Source of the DNA: an uncultured Verrucomicrobiae bacterium
GTDB taxonomy: Bacteria > Verrucomicrobiota > Verrucomicrobiia > Chthoniobacterales > JAFAMB01
Reading direction: 5' to 3'
Assembly (NCBI GenBank): GCA_963762565.1
Contig: CAVXLD010000001.1
Span: 1,158,286 to 1,222,285 of the forward strand
DNA length: 64,000 nt
Part shown: one piece after another, positions 18,651 to 27,750 of the stretch
Layout: each line of letters starts with the position of its first letter
How positions within the stretch are numbered: the stretch's first letter is position 1
Made by a program: the position numbers and the translations under genes
Notes under the pieces: generated by a model
Told to the model about the DNA's origin: nothing
Databases searched by the model: none
The model's input: only the letters and a program-made list of their open reading frames with translations

Positions 18651-19235
18651 CTACGACTGAGCCCGCCAGTCGGCCTTTCTCATACGGTATAAGACATGCC
18701 GCCGAAGGAGGTGGTCCTCGGGCACGATTGGGTGGTTAAAATCTTCAGCAGGGCAATATTGCATACCGAGTTTCTCCATCACGCGCCGGGATTTTACGTT
18801 GGTCAAGGTCGTGAAAGCGACGATCTCCTGAAGTCCGGCCCGTTCGAACCCGTCTCGCAGCGCTTCGTTGGCAGCTTCGGGCGCATATCCCTTACCCCAT
18901 TCCTCCGCACAGATCCGCCAGGCAACTTCAGCGCAGGGGCTGAACGGTAAAGTGTATGGTGGAATGCTAATGCCCACGAAACCAATGAATTTCTCTGAAT
19001 CAGCAATCTCAACCGCCCAGCGTCCGAATCCGTGAGCGTCGAAATGTTTCTTGATGCTCTTGACGCTCTGACGTGTCTCCTCTTCCGTCATTTTCCCTAA
19101 CATGAATTCCATGACTCGCTGATCGGCATTCATGCTTGCGAAAGGTAAGAGATCGGATTCCTTCCAGCGGCGCAAAATCAGACGCCGGGTTCGAAGGATA
19201 GTCGGACAGTCGCCGCTCGCCGATGCGTTTTCCAT
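18651..19235 (-). CDS. GNAT N-acetyltransferase (RimJ/RimL-like)
   Basis: LRTRRLILRRW...GFGRWAVE...GKGYAPEAA pattern. ATG at 19235. Confidence 0.75.
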   Translation of the reverse strand: MENASASGDCPTILRTRRLILRRWKESDLLPFASMNADQRVMEFMLGKMTEEETRQSVKSIKKHFDAHGFGRWAVEIADSEKFIGFVGISIPPYTLPFSPCAEVAWRICAEEWGKGYAPEAANEALRDGFERAGLQEIVAFTTLTNVKSRRVMEKLGMQYCPAEDFNHPIVPEDHLLRRHVLYRMRKADWRAQS

Positions 19236-19306
19236 TCTGTAACTCCTAATGATGATCGCGATCTTATGCGTCAGGTTCCACAGCCTTTTTTTGGTAGCGT
19301 TGGCAT

Positions 19307-20161
19307 TCATTCGTCTCCCCCTATACGAACAACCAATAGAGTTTCTGCCCAGTTCTGCACGCGCGACAATACAGAACCCGCAATCGGTGCAACATGACCG
19401 GCGTGTGCCACGGAAATAACTTGTTTCTGCCCAGCGTAGGCTTGAGTCACAAGTTTCTGATACTTCGGCAAGACGAGCTTATCGCGTTCATCTACGATAA
19501 AAATCGCGGGTACATGAGCGGCTTTCGCGTTAGCGATACTATCTAGAGCGGCCGGCACTTTTAGGGCAAGGGGACCCGCCAACAGCCAAAGATTCCACCA
19601 GCCATACTCGCCAACGATCATCTGGCGCAGAGCCGGTGGATCCTGGAGAATCACACCGACGACCGGGCGATGCGCGGCCACATAAAGCGCGGCGGCTGTG
19701 CCTAGGCTATAACCCACCAGCAGGATCGGCCGGTCTCCCGCGATTCGCGTTAACGCGTCAAAAGCCGCGAGGGCGGCTGGCCCAACCTTGGCCAGGCGCG
19801 CGGGGCCGGTGCTGCCGCCGTATCCCGGATAGTTAACACCCCAGACCTCCAATGACTTATTAGGAAATAGATCGATTTGAATACCGTTTTCCGCACGAGT
19901 CCCATTGCCATAGAAACAAAGGAGATATAAATCGGGCCGGCTGGAAGCGACGGCTTCGGTTGACCGCATCCATATCTCTAAGTCGCCTTTTTCGAATGCA
20001 ATCGTTCGGCGGACCGCCTTCCCCACGGATAACGGCTCAGTTGTCGGATAGAGCACGAAGGAATCCAGCACCGGAATGACAGTTACCAGACCGACGTATA
20101 AGAGCAATGCACCAATAACGATAGACCGGAGGTAGTGCATACGTCGCGAGACAGTGATCAT
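19307..20161 (-). CDS. Membrane-anchored alpha/beta hydrolase
   Basis: N-terminal TM. Nucleophile elbow GYSLGT. C-terminal AHAGH. Confidence 0.7.
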   Translation of the reverse strand: MITVSRRMHYLRSIVIGALLLYVGLVTVIPVLDSFVLYPTTEPLSVGKAVRRTIAFEKGDLEIWMRSTEAVASSRPDLYLLCFYGNGTRAENGIQIDLFPNKSLEVWGVNYPGYGGSTGPARLAKVGPAALAAFDALTRIAGDRPILLVGYSLGTAAALYVAAHRPVVGVILQDPPALRQMIVGEYGWWNLWLLAGPLALKVPAALDSIANAKAAHVPAIFIVDERDKLVLPKYQKLVTQAYAGQKQVISVAHAGHVAPIAGSVLSRVQNWAETLLVVRIGGDE

Positions 20162-20249
20162 TTATTATCCCACCGAACTCTCGTTGCGCCTATCTCTGCG
20201 CAACAATCGAAAAAAGTTAAATCCAAGAAAGAAAAAGCGATCGATCCTT

Positions 20250-20409
20250 CCACAGAAGATCACGAAGGACCCAAAGACAGACGGCTTGAACAGGAGGAAG
20301 CAGGGGCAACAGAGGTAAAAGACCGGCCCCCGAAAGAACCTTGTGGGGGAACCCTCCGTTTCCTCTGTTAGCTCCTGTTCAAAAGATTTGTCTTTGTGGT
20401 CTTCTGTGG
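20250..20409. repeat. About 160-bp word-hairpin element, same family as 4719-4867
   Basis: CCACAGAAGATCACGAAGG..TTGAACAGGAGG..AACAGAGG / CCTCTGTTAGCTCCTGTTCAAAA..GTCTTTGTGGTCTTCTGTGG. Confidence 0.8.
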
Positions 20410-20495
20410 ACCCGCCTGCGGATTAAGCGATCGGACCGCTCCGAGCGCATTTTAGGTGACTAAGCCTTTATCTGTAAATCTGTGTCCATCTGTGG

Positions 20496-21026
20496 TTAAA
20501 TTCTTTTCCAACTTCGAAAGAAAATGACCGTAGGTTGTCCCTTGTAAACGCTCCTGACTGCTTCCCGGTATCCCATCTTCGCAGCCAGGCGAAGAGACGG
20601 TTGGTTTCCGGAATCGATCAGGCACGAGGAATTAGGCGTTTGAAAATGGTTCGCTCCCCAAATGTGAATCGCCTGCACGGCTTCTACGGCAAACCCCTTA
20701 CCGTGTGCCGAGCTGGCAAAGACCCATCCGGCTTCGGGAGAGTTCCCAAGTGGCGGCTCGATGGCGCGTTTCAAGTCGGCAAATCCCACTTCGCCGAGGA
20801 AGTTTCCAGTCACTTTTTCTTCGACGACCCAATATCCGAATCCAAGTAGCAACCAATGGCCGGCATATTGGAGCAAGCGTTTCCAAACATCTTCTGGCGT
20901 TAATGGAATGCCGCCGATATAGCGAATGACAACGGGGTCAGACCAGAGTGCGGCACAGTGAGGGAAATCTTCGACACGATGGGCGCGAAGTACCAGTCGC
21001 TCAGTCTCCAATCTAGGAACCTTCAT
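20496..21026 (-). CDS. GNAT N-acetyltransferase (RimJ/RimL-like)
   Basis: LETERLVLRAH...GYWVVEEK...GKGFAVEAV pattern. Confidence 0.75.
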   Translation of the reverse strand: MKVPRLETERLVLRAHRVEDFPHCAALWSDPVVIRYIGGIPLTPEDVWKRLLQYAGHWLLLGFGYWVVEEKVTGNFLGEVGFADLKRAIEPPLGNSPEAGWVFASSAHGKGFAVEAVQAIHIWGANHFQTPNSSCLIDSGNQPSLRLAAKMGYREAVRSVYKGQPTVIFFRSWKRI

Positions 21027-21029
21027 AGG

Positions 21030-21103
21030 AAAATGACAGATGACAAATACACGGTTTCCGGGAGGGCCGGCGCCCGCTAATCTGTCATCTAGTCATTTGT
21101 CAT
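21030..21103. repeat. Word-hairpin (AAAATGACAGATGACAAATAC / TAATCTGTCATCTAGTCATTTGTCAT)
   Basis: Direct reading. Confidence 0.7.
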
Positions 21104-22336
21104 GCAGGATCTAGTATTGCCTCTCCAAAGTTGGAGACCTGGTTTTTCGATTAGCTGGCTACAGCTTCATCAGTCAAACCTCGACGCCGCCGGAGTGACG
21201 GATCTGCGGCCGGATGCCTTCATTCCGCGCTTGGTGTTTGGCGACTATATCCAGGACTTGCTGCGCGAAGCATGTGAGACGTCAAAGTGTCTAGACCTTA
21301 TCCATGACGAAATTGTCGACATAACCCGCCTGAACGACGAAACATTCCAGCTATTCGACCCGAGGAAGGCAAAAGTCTGAGAGGAGCGCAAGTCGTCCTT
21401 GCGCTTGGCAATTTTCCGCCCGGCAGACACCTCGGTGCGGACAAAGCCCCGGAGCAGTATTGGTTCAGCAACAATCCTTACTCAGCCGGGACTCGCGCCG
21501 AGCTAGCTGAACCGGGCGATATACTCATTATCGGGACCGGATTGACTAGCCTTGATGTGTTGCTGACGCTGGCTCCAACAAAGCAGGAGGGCAAGATTCA
21601 CATACTATCCCGGCGAGGTCTTTTTCCTCAGGCGCATGGCAACGTCGCGAAGTATTCTCCGTTTTTCGATTCTGATCATTTGCCGAAGACCGCCTGCGAG
21701 CTCTTGCGCCAGGTGCGCCGTCAGGTTCGAATTGCACTTGCTGAGGGAATCGACTGGCGACCAGTGGTAGACTCGATTCGCCCGTTTAACCAGGCCATCT
21801 GGCAGAATCTCAATTATGTCGAGCAGAAACGATTTTTGAGACACCTGCGCGGCTTCTGGGACATCCATCGTCACCGCTGTGCTCCGCAAGTAATGGCCGT
21901 AAAAGAGCAGCTTGAAGTTGAGAAACGACTGATTTCTCACCGTGGACATATTCTGGATCTCCGTCCGGTAGAAAACCACGTCGAGGTCACCTACCGGCCC
22001 CGAGGAACCCAAGTAAAAAGGACCATTGTAGTTAGGCGAGTTCTCAGCTGCACCGGCCCTCAGTCAGACTATCGTAAGCTGGACGATCCTTTGGTCCGCC
22101 GGCTGTTGGAACGCGACCTTCTCGCACCTGATCCCCTGCGAATCGGCGCTTATACCGACCAAGACGGACGAGTACTCAATCAAGCTGGTGAGCCGATCCA
22201 TCGCCTCTACACGCTAGGTAGCCCGCGAATGGGATTTCTTTACGAATCGATTGCCGTGCCGGAACTGCGCGTTCAAGCAAACGACTTAGCCAAGCGCATT
22301 CTAGCATCTCATCGTGGCGCGCCAAACCGGCGCTGA
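21102..22336 (+). pseudogene. FAD/NAD(P)-binding oxidoreductase (FAD-NAD(P)-binding domain family), N-terminally truncated plus one frameshift
   Basis: No GxGxxG N-terminus; the sequence upstream is a repeat element. The frame change at the A-run 21371-21374 joins ...FQLFDPRKAK to SLRGAQVVLALGNFPP...GDILIIGTGLTSLDVLLTL. Confidence 0.65.
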
Positions 22337-22485
22337 ACTTCCATAGAAGAGTAGCCTTTATTTTTGGCGATCGAGGTTACGGCTTGGTTCCGCGTTCGGA
22401 ATAATGTTTGTTTAAGTAGATCCGCAGAATTGCATTGCAACGTATGCAGAATTGGATCGATGAAGAATCGTCGTACATTCGACTC

Positions 22486-22949
22486 ATGACCACAGCCGAT
22501 ATCAAGACGCCACGTCCGTATCCCGGGATCAGGCAGGCCAAGATATCGGTGGCAAAGACGGAAACCCCACGAGAAAGCCTTCTGCCGATATCGCTTCTAT
22601 CCGCAAAGGGATTCCGCCAAAGGATTTCGTACTGCTAGCCAGGCATATCGGTTTACCGCAGGCAGAACTAGCCAGGAAATTGGGGCTCTCCCCGAGAACG
22701 ATAGCAGTGCGTATTGCCGGGGGCCAAAAGAAACTCAATCCTGAAGAAAGCGAAAAGGTCCTCCGGATCCAGCACATCTTTGAACAGGCCATTCGCGTTT
22801 TTGGCTCGTTAAAGGAGGCGCGAGAATGGCTGTTAAGTCCGGCAATTGGACTCGAAGGTCAAGGACCCATTGATCTGCTCGATACTGAGCCGGGCGGTGC
22901 TCAAGTCCGTGATTACCTTGGCGCGATCGAATACGGAAACTACTGGTGA
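22486..22949 (+). CDS. Xre/DUF2384-type antitoxin (ParS/MbcA-like); one frameshift in this assembly
   Basis: C-terminal part LARKLGLSPRTIAVR...EESEKVLRIQHIFEQAIRVFGS...AREWLLSPAIGLEGQGPIDLLDTEPG. That frame is open back to 22464 without a start. The ATG at 22486 is in the +1 frame. One extra C in the run 22565-22568 would fuse the two frames. Confidence 0.7.
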
Positions 22950-23416
22950 AGCTCTACCGGTTCGGTTCCGGGTCCGCGCGGCCTGCAGCCGAAGAGTTTA
23001 ACGGACAAGGTGGCGTTCTAGCTGCTGGCAGGTGGCACATTAAAGGTACACCGGTCGTTTATACGTCTACCTCAGAGCCCCTCGCACTTTTGGAAAAGCT
23101 GGTGCACCGACGATCAGCTACGGTCGTCTATCCGCTTTATATCGCCGATGTGCCCGATCATTTAATTGAAGAGCTTCCCGCCACTAGTCTGCCGGCAGAT
23201 TGGAGATCCATTTTCCCAAGTCGTTCCACTCAACGATTGGGTAACAATTGGCTTATAGGTAGATCCGGAGTGGGACTTCTAGTGCCGAGTATTCTCCTCA
23301 CTGGCGCCGCTCCGGAGGTTAAAAACTGTCTAGTGAACCCTGAACATCCGGAATTCAAAAAAGTCGCGCTGAGCGGACCAATACTGCTAGCGTTGGACAG
23401 CAGGTTCAATCAGTAG
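22946..23416 (+). CDS. RES domain toxin (NAD+ phosphorylase/ART-like, ParT/MbcT family)
   Basis: GRWHIKGTPVVYTSTSEPLALLEKLVH. The GTG start overlaps the antitoxin stop by 4 nt. Confidence 0.8.
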   Translation: MKLYRFGSGSARPAAEEFNGQGGVLAAGRWHIKGTPVVYTSTSEPLALLEKLVHRRSATVVYPLYIADVPDHLIEELPATSLPADWRSIFPSRSTQRLGNNWLIGRSGVGLLVPSILLTGAAPEVKNCLVNPEHPEFKKVALSGPILLALDSRFNQ

Positions 23417-23444
23417 GGTTCAAAGTTATACCCGAATCCTTTCG

Positions 23445-23530
23445 CACAGAAAACGAAGGCAACGAAGGATATTATTGATTGTCCTAGCGGCGTTTCGGAG
23501 CCGACGGCCCTTCGTTAGCTTCGTTAACGT
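23445..23530. repeat. Word-hairpin (CACAGAAAACGAAGGCAACGAAGG / CCCTTCGTTAGCTTCGTTAACG)
   Basis: Direct reading. Confidence 0.7.
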
Positions 23531-23573
23531 TCAGCTGAGCTCACGTCGAAGCCTTCTGTAAAATTGGCTTTGC

Positions 23574-24359
23574 TCAACGCTTCGCGTACTCGTCGTGCCG
23601 GCGCCACCACATGCCCTCGGTCTCGTAGAGGTCATCCTCGTTCCGACCTTTCGGGGCGCGGTCGAGCCATTGGTACATCCCCCAGAGGCCATCCAGCCCA
23701 CGGGCATAAGTGGAATAGGTGTGATAGATGTGCCCGTCCTGGAGCACGAATGCGCTCATGCCTGGCCGGTCGCGCGTGTAGGTGAGCGCGTCCGTTCCGC
23801 ACATGGCCGCATTTTCTATCACGATATCCGGGAGCTGGGTTGTCTCGTCCATGGCATGGCCTCCGCACTTATAGTTATACTCGATGCTTCCCTCGCGCTG
23901 TTGCTGCTCGGAGAACGAAACGTTGAAGTCGGCGTTAAAGTCGTTGTTGAACGAGGACGCCCAGGGAAACGTCCACCCCATTCGCCCCCTATAGGCCTTT
24001 ATCTTTGCCAGTGGCGCGCGTGACACTACCGATAGCGTTACATCGTGGTTCGCCAGGTGGACAACGAAGCCGTTGAACCCGTCCGCGATGGTAGAGCAGG
24101 TCGCACACCCCGCCGAGTAGTCGGGACCGAACATGTAATGGTAGATAAGGAGCTGCGACCGGCCCCTGAATAGGTCTGCCAGCGATGCACTCCCTTCATC
24201 GGTGTCGAATCGGTATTCTTTTTCGACCCGAACCCAAGGCAGTTCCTGGCGTTGGCGCGCCAACTCGTCGCTGTGCCGGGTTAGCTCCTTCTCTGCCTCA
24301 AGCAGCTTGAGCCGCGCTTTCAACCATTCTTCACGTGTTCCGGTTAGGTGCGTTGCCAT
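23574..24359 (-). CDS. DUF899 thioredoxin-like protein
   Basis: REEWLKARLKLLEAEKELTRHSDELARQRQELPW...LLIYHYMFGPDY..GCATCS is characteristic of DUF899. Confidence 0.75.
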   Translation of the reverse strand: MATHLTGTREEWLKARLKLLEAEKELTRHSDELARQRQELPWVRVEKEYRFDTDEGSASLADLFRGRSQLLIYHYMFGPDYSAGCATCSTIADGFNGFVVHLANHDVTLSVVSRAPLAKIKAYRGRMGWTFPWASSFNNDFNADFNVSFSEQQQREGSIEYNYKCGGHAMDETTQLPDIVIENAAMCGTDALTYTRDRPGMSAFVLQDGHIYHTYSTYARGLDGLWGMYQWLDRAPKGRNEDDLYETEGMWWRRHDEYAKR

Positions 24360-24740
24360 ATCGATGTGTTCTCTTTCTTGGGGTTCTGTTTGTTCTCGCG
24401 GTACAATTCGGTAGTCGTTTGTCGTGCGATAAACTTAGCGTCGGATTCCGAACCCATGGAGTTACAAATGTGTCGGGATTCCGAAAACCTAACCGCAGCC
24501 CCGAAATTCTCCGGGGTAAAATGGACGCAGATTTACGCAGATTTCGGTCTGGGCTTCGACTATGCCACCGACTATACGGCGATTAGATTGGCTTGGAACA
24601 AGGCTTTAAGATCACTCAGCTTTGCGTTCGTTGTGCTCTTTTGCGGCTATTCTCAATCTTCAGATAGGGAGAGGTCAACTGTACCGGCAGTCGAAGACGC
24701 GGAGTAACTTGACTTTGCCTAGCGATTTCGGTGTCCTCTA

Positions 24741-25172
24741 GTGATCGCCCTTATGCGTAGCCTGTTCCTATTCTTGATTTTATTGCCTCAGCTAGCAGCA
24801 GCAGATCCATTTCAAAAATTACGTCAGGAATGGACTCGAGATCTTCACGAAAAACGGGTTGCGGCATCAACTGCTCTCTACTCTCCGGATGGGGTGTTTA
24901 TTCAGCCTGATGGCACAAGAGTGAAAGGCTCGACCGCAATCTACAACCTTTACCAAAAAATAACGTCGACCTTCGATAGCGATCTGAATTTCTCATCTGA
25001 GCGGGTCGAGACATCCAAGGACCTTGCGTACGATTCCGGTACCTACACCGAGACACTAGTGACGCGGGCAACAGGCAAGTCGATGCTGACGAAGGGTAGT
25101 CACCTAACCGTTTACCGAAGGGGTAAAAACGGAAACTGGAAAATCGTTGAGCAAGCTTGGACCGGGCACTAG
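24741..25172 (+). CDS. Secreted DUF4440/SnoaL-like protein
   Basis: Signal peptide plus the NTF2-like pattern ...LTVYRRGKNGNWKIVEQAW. Confidence 0.65.
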   Translation: MIALMRSLFLFLILLPQLAAADPFQKLRQEWTRDLHEKRVAASTALYSPDGVFIQPDGTRVKGSTAIYNLYQKITSTFDSDLNFSSERVETSKDLAYDSGTYTETLVTRATGKSMLTKGSHLTVYRRGKNGNWKIVEQAWTGH

Positions 25173-25211
25173 CCAAACGCCGGCCAGGTCAGCATGGCAA
25201 ACTATCTTTTA

Positions 25212-25630
25212 CACAGAAGATCACAAAGGACACGAAGAGGTGACCGATCTTTTACAGAAGCAAACGACGGTTTTCATGGGCCTGCAAATATCTAGCCGAG
25301 GGTTTGCCAAGTCGAACGAGGGTCGAACGCCAGGGACAATTCCTCATACCGTACCCTACGGGACGGTTTCGCTTTTCTGCATATCCCAGGCATTTCATGC
25401 CAGGTCGCCTTCGCAGACTATGGCGCACCCTAAGTCTACCTTTTTGCACAACCAACCGCTACGATCGCGACGTAGGCCTTGCGGAGTCGGGCTACTATCA
25501 TCTAGTCCCTCCGGGACACAGCATTGGCCAGCTCAATCGTTTTTCAACAACCTGGACCCCTTCGTTACCTTCGTTGCCTTCTGTAAAATTCCGATTCCTT
25601 CTGACTTTGTGTCCTTTGTGACCTTCTGTG
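25212..25630. repeat. Composite 419-bp element: word arms flanking a hairpin-rich core of about 285 bp
   Basis: Left arm CACAGAAGATCACAAAGGACACGAAG..TTTTACAGAAGCAAACGACGG. Right arm CCTTCGTTACCTTCGTTGCCTTCTGTAAAA..CTTTGTGTCCTTTGTGACCTTCTGTG. Confidence 0.7.
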
Positions 25631-26480
25631 AGAGTTGATTCGGTCGTAAGCCCTTACGACGGGGCTTGAGCAGTCCTCGAAACCGCTCCACATCCTTCGG
25701 TGTCGCCGGATTGCAAATGACTAAGGTTAGGTCGGGGCGGCCATCGATAGAAAAGGACGAGAACTCCAGCCCGAGCACTCCTGCAACCGGGTGTCGCAAA
25801 TGTTTTATACCTTCACCTTCGTGAGCGCGGATATCGTTGGCCCGCCATATCACCTCAAATTCCGGGCTTAACCGGCAGAGTTCGTTGACCAATGCTTCGA
25901 CATCTGCAGCAGCGCCGGCTCGGGTTGTGTCTGCTCGAAACGCGGCCACGGCAAACCGCGCGACGCCTTGCCAGTCGAGCTGCGCAGCACGGGCCTGGGG
26001 GTCAAGGAAGATCCGGCGCAGCATATTACGCTGTTCAGGAATAAGTTCATCATAGCCAAAGAGAGCAGATGCCGCGCGGTTCCACGCGACGAGATCCCAA
26101 GTGACGGTTTTTACAAAGGCCGGGGTGAACTCCATAGCATCGAGGACGCGCTGGATCCGCGGCGAGATCCCTTCCTTTGCTTGATAGCGGACCACTGGAG
26201 GATGCCCCAAGGCAATTAAGAAAAGATGTTCGCGCTCAAAATCCGTCAACATGAGCGCGCGAGCAATACGCTCCAGCACCTCGACCGAGGGTGAACCGCC
26301 GCGTCCCTGTTCAAGCCATGTGTACCAGGTAGGGCTGACATTGGCGCGCTGGGCCACTTCTTCTCGCCGCAGGCCGGGCGTTCGCCGGCGGGTCATCGGA
26401 AGACCAAGAGCGGCCGGGTCAAGTTTGGCCCGACGGTCTTTCAGATAGGTTCCAAGCTGATTACCATTTGTTTCCGGCAT
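25533..26480 (-). CDS. MmyB-like HTH (XRE family) transcriptional regulator
   Basis: LGTYLKDRRAKLDP...RRTPGLRREEVAQRANVSPTWYTWLEQGRG. The last 30 or so codons read into the repeat 25555-25630. Confidence 0.75.
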   Translation of the reverse strand: MPETNGNQLGTYLKDRRAKLDPAALGLPMTRRRTPGLRREEVAQRANVSPTWYTWLEQGRGGSPSVEVLERIARALMLTDFEREHLFLIALGHPPVVRYQAKEGISPRIQRVLDAMEFTPAFVKTVTWDLVAWNRAASALFGYDELIPEQRNMLRRIFLDPQARAAQLDWQGVARFAVAAFRADTTRAGAAADVEALVNELCRLSPEFEVIWRANDIRAHEGEGIKHLRHPVAGVLGLEFSSFSIDGRPDLTLVICNPATPKDVERFRGLLKPRRKGLRPNQLSQKVTKDTKSEGIGILQKATKVTKGSRLLKND

Positions 26481-26518
26481 ATTACCCCGTTATTATTATA
26501 TACCCCGTTAGTTATTAT
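26481..26518. promoter_or_regulatory. Direct repeats ATTACCCCGTTATTATTAT / ATACCCCGTTAGTTATTAT in the divergent promoter region
   Basis: Direct reading, between the MmyB-like regulator and the SDR gene. Confidence 0.45.
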
Positions 26519-26599
26519 ACCAGTATAACAACACTACTTTACTAGAATAACATTCAAGCCAGAATAGCGCATCTCAAACATCAAAATGGAGGTTATTTA

Positions 26600-27496
26600 A
26601 TGCGTATTTTTGTTACTGGCGCCACTGGCTTCATCGGTTCTGTTCTAGTTAAGGAATTGCTCAGCGCGGGACATCAAGTGCTCGGCTTGTCCCGCTCCGA
26701 TGCCGGCGCCAAGTCGCTGGCCGCAGCGGGCGCCGAGGTACATCGCGGTTCGATTGAAGATCTGGAAAGTCTGCGCACCGGGGCAGCAGCTTCGGACGGG
26801 GTTATTCACCTCGCGTTCAACCATGACTTCTCGAAATTCGTCGAGAACTGTGAGGCAGACCGGAAAGTCATTGAGGCCATCGGATCCGTCCTGGCCGGTT
26901 CCGATCGGCCGTTCATCATCACCTCAGGAACCGGGATGGCGAATACCGTGCCTGGTCAGCCTGCGTTCGAAGATAATCCAATCATCGACTCATCGGTGAT
27001 TCCACGAGCAGCTTCGGAAGAAGCCGCCGCGGCGTTGGCAGCGCGAGGCGTCAACATCTCGGTGGTGCGCCTTCCGCAGGTCCACGATCCAGTCAAACAG
27101 GGCCTCATTTCTTGGCTCATCCCAATTGCGCGGGAAAAGGGCGTCTCGGCGTTTGTGGGCGATGGACGCAACCGGTGGCCCGCCGCGCACGTTCGGGATA
27201 CGGCCCATCTCTATCGGTTGGCGCTGGAGAAGCAGGAGCCAGGAGCCAAATACCACGCGGTGGCTGAAGAAGGTGTGCCGCTCCGCGATATCGCCGAAGT
27301 CATTGGCCGGGGCCTAAAAATCCCTGTCGTCTCGCTGTCTCAGGAGGAAGCTGCGTCCCACTTCGGATGGCTGGCAATGTTTGCCGGTCGCGACGTTCCG
27401 GCCTCAAGCGCGCTAACGCGGAAACGGCTCGGCTGGAGTCCAACCGGGCCTGGATTGATTTCCGATCTCGAGCGGATGGATTATTCCGGAAGCTGA
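26600..27496 (+). CDS. Atypical SDR / NmrA-like NAD(P)-binding oxidoreductase
   Basis: MRIFVTGATGFIGSVLVKELL Rossmann motif. RBS GGAGG 7 nt upstream. Confidence 0.8.
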   Translation: MRIFVTGATGFIGSVLVKELLSAGHQVLGLSRSDAGAKSLAAAGAEVHRGSIEDLESLRTGAAASDGVIHLAFNHDFSKFVENCEADRKVIEAIGSVLAGSDRPFIITSGTGMANTVPGQPAFEDNPIIDSSVIPRAASEEAAAALAARGVNISVVRLPQVHDPVKQGLISWLIPIAREKGVSAFVGDGRNRWPAAHVRDTAHLYRLALEKQEPGAKYHAVAEEGVPLRDIAEVIGRGLKIPVVSLSQEEAASHFGWLAMFAGRDVPASSALTRKRLGWSPTGPGLISDLERMDYSGS

Positions 27497-27505
27497 GGCG
27501 CATCG

Positions 27506-27635
27506 CCCGGGAGGGATCGCGTCCTCTTCCGGCCGCCGCCGGATTATTACCGAAGCGGAGGACGTGCTGCGAGCGCGCGGACGAAGATACGCCGTTAGGT
27601 TGTGGCACATCCTCGCGGCGCGCGGGGATCCGACG
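27506..27635. repeat. GC-rich MITE-like element (family of 38859-38984 and 55027-55160), reverse orientation
   Basis: CCCGGGAGGGATCGCGTCCTC..CGCCGGATTATTACCG ... CCTCGCGGCGCGCGGGGATCC. Confidence 0.65.
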
Positions 27636-27750
27636 TCGCCAGCGGTCAGAAGAAAAAGGCCCACGATGGAAGGCTATGTCGGACAGGCTGCGCGCCCTCC
27701 CCAAATTCACCCCGCGGATGCAGGACGGGGATGCTCGATAGGCCAACCCG

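Noticed and set aside
24348-24707. 119-aa ORF in the DUF899/DUF4440 divergent spacer
   Set aside because: It overlaps word-repeat half elements and a degenerate REP, with no motifs. It is probably non-coding.
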